A DNA stretch of 64,000 nt from Malacoraja senta (lineage: Eukaryota), in assembly GCA_038087875.1 (NCBI GenBank), contig CM075991.1, forward strand, positions 3,658,001 through 3,722,000, given 5' to 3'. The notes beneath the pieces were generated by a model that saw nothing but the letters and a program-made list of their open reading frames with translations, was not told the origin of the DNA and did not search any database. Below are positions 54,370 to 64,000 of this stretch, one piece after another (the first letter of the stretch is position 1; every line of letters starts with the position of its first letter). The position numbers and the translations under genes are program-made.

Positions 54370-56065
54370 TCTATTATTCTACTAAAAGTCTCATCTTGAC
54401 CACTTCCTGCCTACGCTGTAGATAAATTTTGGATAAAATGCTACCCTATATCGCTATGAGTTTTTTGCCATCTTACTCACAGTCCTCCTCCGCTCCAGCC
54501 ATCCCAAGGTTTTTTCCAATCGCGAAAAAATAAAAAAACCTATGACTGTTTAAAAAAACGTGAGATCAGCTGATTGGTCCTCTCGCCTGTCAATCACCAC
54601 GATGAAGGTAACACCCCTTCCTGGGGGGGGGGGGCAGGAGTATAAAGCCCCAGAGGCCAGACGCGAGTCAGTCACTCTGGAACATCGTGAGAGAGAGTCC
54701 ATAACTGTGATTCTACGCTGTTAGTTAATCTGACTGTGAATCTACTGAACTGCGAGTCTAGTATGTGCTTGCAATAAATAGCCCTCAATGAAATGAAATG
54801 AGTTATTTGGCCAGCCCTGTGCTTGAAATTGAAATGGACATGGAAATGAAATGATAATGAAATTAGTTGTTTGGCCTGCCCTGTGCTTGCAATTGAAATG
54901 GAAATGGGATTGAAATGAAAATGAAATGAGTTGTTTGGGCTGACCTGTGCTTGAAATTGAAATGGAAATGGAAATGAAATTAAAATGAAACGAGTTGTTT
55001 GGCCTGCCCTGTGCTTGAAATTGAAATGGAAATGGAAATGAAATGAGTAGTCTGGCCTGGCCTGTGCTTGAAATTGAAATGGAAATGGAAATGGAAATGG
55101 AAATGGAAATGAAATGAGTTGTTTGGCCTGCCCTGTGCTTGAAAATGAAATGGAAATGGAAATTAAATTAAATTAAATTAAATGAGTTGTTTGGCCTGGC
55201 CTGTGCTTGAAATTGAAATGGAAGTGGAAACGAAATGAAATGAAATGAGTTGTTTGGCCTGCCCTATGCTTGAAATTGAAATGGAAATGGAAATGGAAAT
55301 GGAAATGAATTGAAATGAGTTGTTTGGCCTGCCATGTGCTTGAAATTGAAATGGATTTGGAAATGAAATGAAATGAAATGAGTTGTTTGGCCTGCCCTGT
55401 GCTTGAAATGAAAATGGAAATGAAATGAGTAGTTTTGGCCTGCCTGAAACCACTCAATTCGGCCCACAAGGCCCTTATTAACTGAGAAACCAGTCCCTTT
55501 GGCCCAAAATGTCGGTATTACCCCAGAAAGAGCATTTTGGCCGAAGAGGCCCAGGCCAGGAAAAGTCCAGACAAATTACCATTCACTGAGATTTCACTTC
55601 GATTTTTTAAAGTCCCTTCGGCCCATCAGACCTGTACTAACCCAGGAGTAGTCCCTTTGGCCCAGTCAGTAAGTATTCCCCCTGCAAGTATTAAACCTCA
55701 CCCCAGTATTTTTCTCCCTCCCTCTCACCACCCTCTCCCATTCTCTCTCACACTCTCACCTGTTTTGGGCAGAATTTCTGGCAGTTTCTGAGCTGCCAGC
55801 CCACCAGGCCTGAGTGACTGAGCTGCCAGCCCACCAGGCCTGAGTGATTGAGCTGCACCCCAAGAATCCATTCGGCCCACACTGTTCATACTAGCCCTCT
55901 GGAAGCCAGTTCCTTCAGCCCACAACACCCATACTAGCGCTCGAGAAAGCACACCCCCCCCCACCCACTGATCACCAATATTGGAATTGATGGAGGTGAA
56001 ATATTGCATTGGGGGACTAGCCCTCCGGTGTGAACATGGGATCCAACGGGTCCCATCTAATCTAG
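54370..56065 (+). mobile_element. Non-autonomous Helitron (~1.7 kb)
   Basis: 5' A|TC at 54369/54370; 3' hairpin atgggatcc-aac-gggtcccat (56036-56056) 5 nt before CTAG|T (56062-56065); no TSD. The 5' boundary is less certain than the 3'. Confidence 0.8.
54790..55447. repeat. Minisatellite: 11 units of a ~26-bp core separated by variable (GAAAT/GGAAAT)n spacers
   Basis: Core gagttgtttggcctgccctgtgcttg recurs at ~54800, 54865, 54928, 54992, 55045, 55116, 55184, 55247, 55317, 55380 and 55427. Confidence 0.95.
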
Positions 56066-56199
56066 TACTGTATAAAATGACTAGTGTCATGGATAGGGTA
56101 ATAATAATAATAATAATAGATTTTATTTATATAGCGCTTTTCAGGACTCAAAGTCGCTTTAGATAGTCAGAATCTTTTACCCAAGCATAGCTTCAAAAT

Positions 56200-56520
56200 G
56201 GGTGGCATGGTGGTGCAGCGATAGAGTTGTTATCTTACAGCGCTTGTAGCGCCAGAGACCCGGGTTAGATCCCGACCACATGTGCTGTCTGTACAGAGTT
56301 TGTACATTCTCCCCGTGACCTGTGTGGATATTCTCCGAGACCTTCAGTTTCCTCCCACATTCCAAAGACGTCCAGGTTTGTAGGCTAATAGGCTTGGTAA
56401 ATGTGTAAATTGTCCCTAGTATGTGCATGATAGTGTTAATGTGCAAGGATCGCTGGTCGATGTGGCTCAGTGGGCCAAAGGGCCTGTTTTCACGCTGAAT
56501 CTCTAGACTAAACTAAACTA
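56200..56520 (+). mobile_element. HE1/V-SINE-like SINE
   Basis: Head, core and (ctaaa)n tail. Confidence 0.82.
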
Positions 56521-56559
56521 AAGATAGGGTGTCTCATGGTGTTTCAGGGTCACACAACA

Positions 56560-57990
56560 TGGAAACAGGCCCTGCGGCCCAGCTTGCCAATACCAAGCAA
56601 GGTGCCCCATCTACCCCAATCCCACCAGCCATGTTTGGCCCTTATCCCTCTAAACCTTTTTCAATAAACCTATCCAAATGTCTTTTAAATGTTATGGTTT
56701 CTGCCTCAATTACCTCCACCTACAGCTCATTCCATAGACATCACTCTTTGTCTGGAAAAAGTTGCCCCTCAGATTCCTAATAAATCTTTCATATCTCAAC
56801 TTTAACCTAGGTCCTCTGGTTCTTGATTCCAATACTCTGGGTTAAGGACTCTATCTGCACTATCTATTCCCACATGATCTTACACAACTCTATAAGATCA
56901 CCCCTTCCTCCTCCTACTCTCCACAGTCCTAGCCGGCACAACCTGCCCCTCCAGCTCAAGCCCTCAAGTCCTGGCAACATCCTTGTAAATCTTATCTGTG
57001 CTCTTGCTAGTTTAACATGTTACCTATAGCAGGGTGACCAATTCTGAACACAATACTCCAACTGTGGCCTCATGAACACCTTGTACAGCTGTAACATAAC
57101 ATGCCAATTTCTATCCTCAAAATCCTGATTGATGAAAGCCTTCTTGATCACCTTATCTACCTGCGACACCACTTTCAATTAACTATTTACCTGCACTCTG
57201 ACATCTCTGCTCTACAACCCTCCCCAGAGCACTGTCATTTGCAGTGTAATTCCCAAATACAGTACCCCACATTGATCTGCATTAACCTCCTTTAACAATT
57301 CCTCTGCCTACTTGCCAACATTTGCTGCAATTTTTGACAACTATTTTCACTATCTACCATACCACCCACTTTAGTGTCATCTGCAAATTTACAAATCATG
57401 CCTTGCAGGTTCTCCTCCAAATAGTTGATACAAACAATAATGAGCAATGGGTCCAGCACCTATCCTTGAGGCACACCATGAATCACAGTCCTCGAGTCTG
57501 AAATACAACCTTCCACCATCTCCCTCTGCATTCCTCCATTTTCGATCCAGTCCTCTAGCTCTGCTTGAATCCCATGTAACGTACCATGCAGAACCTTGTC
57601 AAATGCCTTGTTGAAATCCATGTGTACAACGTCTACAGCTCTGCCATCAACCTTTTTGGTTCCATCATCAAAAAACACTGATGTCTGAGACACAATCTCC
57701 CATGTACAAAACTGCGCTCATTATCCCCAATCAGTCTTGTCTATCTAAATGCATGTATATCTTAGATAAACAATACTGATATGTATATCTTACGTATATC
57801 TTATGTATATGTATGTGCATGTATATCTTATCTCTCAGAATACTCTCTAGTAACTTTCACAACACAAATGTTAGACGTACTGACCTATAGTTTCCAGGCT
57901 TTTTCTTGTCGTCCTTGTTAAATAGAGACACAACATTTCCCATCCTCCATTCTTCCAGCACCTCCCCCGTATTTAATGATAACTCTATTC
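56560..57990 (-). mobile_element. Old degraded CR1 LINE
   Basis: MDFNKAFDKV and GVPQG remnants; CR1 3' end near 56560. Confidence 0.75.
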
Positions 57991-58659
57991 ACGAATAGTG
58001 AAAGGATTGGATAGATTAGATGTGGAGAGAATGTTTCCACTAGTGGGAGAGCCTAGGACTAGAGGTCATAGCCTCAGAATTAAAGGGCTCTCTTTAAGAA
58101 AGGAGGTGAGAAGGAACTTCTTTAGTCAGAGGGTGGTGAATGTGCAATTTTTTGCCACAGAAGACAGTGGAGGCCAAGTCAATGGATATTTTTAAGGCAG
58201 ACATAGATTCCCAAGTTCCCCAGTCCTCGTGTCTTTATCCATAGTAAATACTCATTGATGAACTTGCCTGTCTCATGCGGAGGTGACCGGTGAGGGGCCT
58301 TATTCTCTTTCTGGTTACACTTTTCTTCTTAATGTACTTATAAAATCTCTTTAGATTTTCCTTATTATTATCTGAAAGAGCTATCTCCTGCCCCCCCCCC
58401 CCCCCCCATTACCTTAATTAGCTTGCTCCTCAGTTTCCAAAACTCCTCAGTTTCCAAAACTCCTCCAGGGAAACACTTTACCCAGCTGCCTATACCGGTA
58501 CTCGGAGGTGGCACCGACGGACACATGGAGAGATACATGAAAGGAAAGGTTTAGAGCCATATAGGTCAAATGTGTGTAAATGAGACTAGCTTAGATGGGG
58601 CAATTTGGTGAGCATGGACAATTGGGGCTGTCGAGCCTGTTTCCATGCTGTATGACTCT

Positions 58660-59790
58660 ATGACAGATGGATAACTTGCCCCATGTGATGCTGCTAAACA
58701 AGATGAGAGTGCAAGGTATTAGAGGGAAGATACCTGCATGGATAGCACATTGGCTGAATGGCAGAAGTCAAAGAGTGGGAAAATGGGACTTTTTGTGTTA
58801 GGCTGCTGGTGATCTTCCGTACGGGTCGGGGTTGAGGCCGCTACTCTTCACATAATTTATCAATGAGTTTAATGAGGAAATTGATGGATATTTGGCCGTT
58901 TGCAGATGATACAAAGATAGATGGAGGAGTAGCTAATGTAGAGGAAGCAGGGAGTCTGCAGAAGGACTTGGACAGGTTGGAAGAGGTGGAAGATGGAATA
59001 CGGTGAAGCAAAGTGTACTCATGCACTTTGTTAGTAGGACTAAAGGCATAGACTATTTTGTAAATAGCGAGAGGATTCAGAAATCTGAGTTGCAAAGGGA
59101 CTTGGGATTGCTGGTGGAGTGTTCCCAAAAGATTAGTTTGCATGTTTAATCAGTAGTAAGGAAGGCAAATGTCATGTTAGCAATCATTTTGGGAGTACTA
59201 GAATATAAAAGCAGAGATGCAATGCTGAGGCTTTGTAGGATGCCAGTCAGACTGCATTTGGAGTTTTGTGAACAGTTTTGGTCCACATATCTGAGGAGGG
59301 ATTTGCTAGCATTGTAGAGAGTCCAGAAGAGATTGATGAGAATGATCCCAAGGAGGAGTGGGTTAACGTATGAGGAGCCTGTGAGGGCTTTGGGCCAATA
59401 CTCGTGTGTGTTTAGAAGGATGAGTAGGAATCTCATTGAAACCAACTAAATAATGAAATGACAACACAGAGTGGATGCTGAGAGGATTTCCAGTAGTGGG
59501 AGAATCTAGGACCACAGGGCACAGCCTCCGAATAAAAGGACATCATGTTAGAATGATGAGGAGGATATTATTTTGCCAGAGGTTAGTTTATTTGTGGAAT
59601 TCATTGCCACAGACGACTGTGGAAGCCAAGGCATTGGGTATTTTTTAAAGCAGAGATTGAAAGGTTATTAATTATCAAGGGAGTCAAATGTTAGGAAGAA
59701 GGTGGGAGAATGGGGTTCAGAGGGAAAGATCAACCATGATTGAATTGTGGAATAGAATCGATGGGCCAAATGGCCTAATTCTGCTCCTAT
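58660..59790 (+). mobile_element. Old degraded CR1 LINE
   Basis: tttgcagatgatacaaag (FADDTK); CR1 tail gggccaaatggcctaattctgctcct. Confidence 0.75.
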
Positions 59791-60139
59791 GACATGTACA
59801 TAAAAACATGAGAGTATGAAGTATTTTTGTTCTCTTCGGCATTGGAGTGTGATACAGGGCACAATAAAAATGAATTAAAACTGCATTCGGCATGGTGTGG
59901 TATTTTCAGGCGGCTGCTGAGAGTGCGGGTGGGCTGGGAACTCTGAACTGTTTGCAAATTGCCAAAGCACCTGGCGGTGGAACGATGGAAATGAGAAGAG
60001 CACCCACATGGTCTGGATCACACTGTGAACAATGGGATCAACCATCTCCTCTCTGACGGTAAGCTTCTTTAACTGTATGCTTCTTGGATGCAGGTATCGG
60101 CTCGGTGACTCGTTTCCGTTTGAAATTCAATAGATAATA

Positions 60140-60895
60140 GACAATAGGTGAAGGAGTAGACCATTCGGCCCTTTGAGCCAGTACCGCCATTCACTGTGAT
60201 CATGGCTGATCATCCACAATCAATACCCCGTTCCTGCCTTCTCACTATATCCCTTGAAACGGCTATCTTTAAGAGCTCTATCTAACTCTCTCTTGAAAGC
60301 ATCCAGAGAATTGGCCTCCACTGCTGAGGCAGAGAATTCCACAGATTCACAACTCTCTGGGTGAAATAGTTTTCCTCATCTCCAATCTAAATGGCCTACC
60401 CCTTATTCTTAAACTGTGGCCCCTGGTTCTGGACTCCCCCAACATTAGGAACAGGTTTCCTGCCTCTAGCGTGTCCAAACCCTTAATAATCTTATATGTT
60501 TCCATAAGATCTCCTCTCATCCTTCTAAATTCCAGAGTATACAAGCCCAGCCGCTCCATTCTATCAACATATGACAGTCTGCCATCCGCGTTCTTCACTG
60601 CCTGCTGTACCTGCATGCTTACTTCAGTGACTGATGAACAAGGACCCCAAGATCTCGTTGCGCTTCCCCTTTTCCCAACTTGACACCATTCAAGTAATAA
60701 TCTGCCTTCCCGTTTTTGCCACCTAAGTGGATAACCTCACATTTATCCAAATTAAACTGCATCTGCCATGCATTTGCCCACTCACCCAACCTGTCCAAGT
60801 CACCCTGCAATCTCATAGCATCCGCCTCACAGTTCACACCCCCACCCAGCTTTGTGTTATCTGCAAATTTGTTAATGTTACTTTTAATCCTTTCA
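60140..60895 (-). mobile_element. CR1 LINE 3' fragment
   Basis: LQGDLDRLGEWANAWQMQFN, ESRTRGHSL and CR1 tail. Confidence 0.88.
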
Positions 60896-61359
60896 TTGGT
60901 TTCTCAAGTGAAGGCGGGTCCGATAAACCCATTAATGGGCAGGTTATTTCTCATTGGTGCATTAGAACAGACTGCAGTTCACGCCTTACTTCGTTCACAA
61001 TCTATTGGTTGTTTGGAGCAAAACATCATTTACTATGAAAACAGTTATCAAAGAATTAACTCTCAGATACGTTAGTGTGTCAGAAGATTTTGGAGAGACC
61101 ATTCTATGTCCGTAGTGGGTGTTCAGTTGAAGTCCTGGTGTCATCGCTGCAATTGGCCGCTGGGAGAATGCTGCGGTCCTTCTTGACTTTGATTGTATTG
61201 CAGATTTGGAACTGTGAGTTCATTGAGAATGTTGAAAGTATTCGGTGATCAATTAACATGATATTTATTATTATACTCTATAATGCAGTATCTTTATAGC
61301 TACATAATTGAACGTTGTGGTGTATGGACTGTGGATAGTAGAACATATTTATTCTCGGA

Positions 61360-62925
61360 ATGGAGACACAAGGGCCTGCAGATGCTGTTTTACGAAAAAA
61401 GACACAATTTGCTGGAATAACACAGCATCTCTGGAGAACTTGGATAGATGACATTTCGGGTCGGGACCCTTCTTCAAACTGTTGCTGCTGGATCCGCTGA
61501 GTCACTCCAGCATTTTGTGGCTTATCACTAATTGTGATGAAAAAATAGTGATCTATAAATTGATGATAAATTTCTGCCACGTGTGAAATTTCCACCTGTC
61601 CAGATCAGGGGTTTGTATGTTTTTATAATGAGAGCACAGGAGCAGAGATGAGAAAATATGTTAATTTACTTCAAATATATGAAGTGGACTATTCAAGTGT
61701 GGCAATTATGTTTATAAATAATTCATTATTTTCTAATATTTTCTAACTGAGCCATTTGGTAACTAGTTGCTGACCTGTCGGAACAGTGTGTGTTTGGATA
61801 ATTTCGCCAAGATTAATACATTTAACGTCCCATTCCGATTTTGTCAAACAGATTTAACCTTGAAATTTCATCCACGGGAATTTTCTTCAGTCATAGGTCA
61901 GTCAACCCGCAAGACTCTGGTCTTGTGCACTGCAATTCAGAAATAGATTATTAATCTGAATTGATCAGAGGTATAGGGCGGTCACTGTTGGGACAGAGTA
62001 CATCGGAGTCCGGAGAGTATAAACTCCTTGAGGTGAACAGCATCCAAAGCTGCAGCTGTATTGAATTTTCTGCAGAATATTCAGTTGCGTTTGATGAAAT
62101 ACCGATACTTTTTTCAGTATGCTTCCACTTGCTCCACGTCCTGCATTTTCTTTTAACAGCTAACTTCAGTTTATCTCTGTTTGATATGTCGATCAGAAAA
62201 TATGTATCTCCGAATGGAGACACGAGGGCCTGCAGATGCTGGTTTACAAAAAAACTCAATTTGTTGGAATAACACATCGTGTCAGGCTCTGGAGAACATG
62301 GATAGGTGACGTTTCAAATCGGCCCCCTTCTTCAAACTGATGCTGCCTGACCCGCTGGGTTACTGCAGCACTTTATGTCTGTATCTCTAAATGTTGTGAT
62401 GAAAACATAGTAATCTATTAAGGTGATGAAAAATGTCTTCCACGTGTGAATTTTCAACCTGTCCAGATCAGGGCTTTGGTTGTTTTGTAATGTGGGCACA
62501 GGAGCAGAGTGAATTAAAAAAAAAATGGCTAATTCACCTTGACAACGGCTGAATAGAATATTGAAGTGTGTCATTAGCTTTCTATAATTAATTAGTTATT
62601 TTCTAATGTTTGCTATTTGAGTCCTTGTATAACAGTCGCTCAATTCCGTCGGCATAGGCTATATATTTGGATATTGTCGCCAAGATGAACACATTTAACT
62701 TCCCATTCAGATTTTTGAAAACAGATATTTCGTCCACGGGAAATTTCTTCAGTCACAGATCAGTCCACCCGCAAGACTCGGGTCTTGTGTACTGCAATTC
62801 AGAAATAGATTATTAATCTGGATTAATCAGACTATAGGGCGGTCACTTTTGGGGCAGATTACATCGGAGTCCAGAGAGTATAAACTCATTGAGGTGAACA
62901 ACAGCATCCAAAGCTGCAGCTGTTG
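61360..62925. repeat. Diverged tandem duplication (~61360-62060 and ~62215-62925)
   Basis: Colinear shared blocks such as cctgtccagatcagggg, tccacgggaa..ttcttcagtca, gcaattcagaaatagattattaatctg and cagcatccaaagctgcagctg. Confidence 0.9.
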
Positions 62926-64000
62926 CTGACTGAAGCCGCACACAAATTCCTGTCGCTGATAGTGATCAGGCAGCTATTTTTATCCACCATGTCATACTGT
63001 GAACTGAGCATATTTATAAAATGTATTTAGCATTGTGTTGTTGGAAAGGTTTTATTAATTTTCTATCATTAAAAGTCACCCTGATGTAGAATGAACACTG
63101 TTAAAATTAACATAAATTTTGTCATTGAAAACTCACTTCGATGGATATTGACGCTGATATTTCCACACAGTGGTCAATGATCTTCAAATGCGTCACATTA
63201 TATATTCACGGAGTTTTCAGTTTGGCATTATACGTGTCCGGCTATTAACAGCAACACATTTATTTCTCGGGGCATTTTTGCATTCTCCATTCTGTTTAGG
63301 TGGAGAATCGCAGTTAGAGAGATGTAACAATTTTCTTTAAATTGCTTTTCACTTGCTCTATTTTGGTTAAAAGTTCACTGCAGTTCCGTAACAAATTTCG
63401 CCTTGATATTTTATCTCCTACATATACCTCGTGTAAAATACATAATGAGGCAGTGAGACGTGCAAACAGAACCTTCGGCGGGGCCGCAGCTTCTGAGGAA
63501 AGTAAAACAGTCCACGTTGGGACTGATGTCCAGAATTCACCTCTGTTTTCTCTCTGTTGAGTGTTTCAGACTTTTACCTCTTTGTTTTGAAGGTTTATCT
63601 CATTTGATGCTTTATAGATAAATTCAGGCACATATTCAGCTGTTGTTTCTCCATTCCCGTCCACCTCATTATACAAATCAGAAAACAAAAGCAGGACATA
63701 TTCATCCGTGAATTATCGGCAGAAACTGGGCGCTGGCTAAATCAAACACCAACTTTTCTTCTGGTTTTGTCGTTAAGATAACATCACGTCATTGAATATT
63801 GTTGGAGCCTGTGTAATTAACACCACGTTGGCATCTAAGTAAATGTGTAGGAAGGAACTGCAGATTCTGGTTTAAACAAACAACATGGAAAGAGCCCTTG
63901 ACCACCGAGTCTAAGGCGAGCAGCAAACATCCAATTGCATCATTAATCCTATGTTATTTTTCCTCGTTCTCACCAACTCTCCGAAGATACTGCCACTCAT

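Noticed and set aside
54790..55447. CRISPR-like repeat-spacer appearance
   Set aside because: The spacers are low-complexity GAAAT runs, the context is eukaryotic and there are no cas genes

Overview
This is eukaryotic, repeat-dense vertebrate DNA. The dominant HE1/V-SINE-type tRNA SINE with CR1-like tails suggests an elasmobranch (skate, ray or shark). Two genes are on the minus strand. (1) Three consecutive internal exons of a TAPP-family PH-domain gene (PLEKHA2-like; 43436-43372, 42544-42481, 34801-34718); one has an in-frame TGA at a conserved Arg. (2) Downstream, coding exon 1 of an HtrA serine protease (HTRA4-like; signal peptide + IGFBP + Kazal; 9252-8841), apparently with a pair of compensating frameshifts. 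This order matches the vertebrate PLEKHA-HTRA gene pairs. The rest is mostly transposable elements: 5'-truncated L1s, CR1, RTE and Rex1-like LINE fragments, Penelope-like elements, PIF/Harbinger and hAT elements, and a 1.7-kb non-autonomous Helitron. There is also a 3.4-kb (CA)n tract, a 200-N gap and a probable duplication beside it. Main observations: (a) the very abundant ~100-bp Penelope terminal repeat carries a minimal hammerhead-ribozyme core and also inserts on its own with flanking direct repeats; (b) a spindlin-like Tudor domain ORF lies inside a hAT-bounded element; (c) the Helitron contains a CCAAT-TATA-Inr-AATAAA cassette followed by an 11-unit minisatellite; (d) both genes have lesions; (e) there is a teleost AFC-like SINE. 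All family assignments come from recalled motifs, not database searches.
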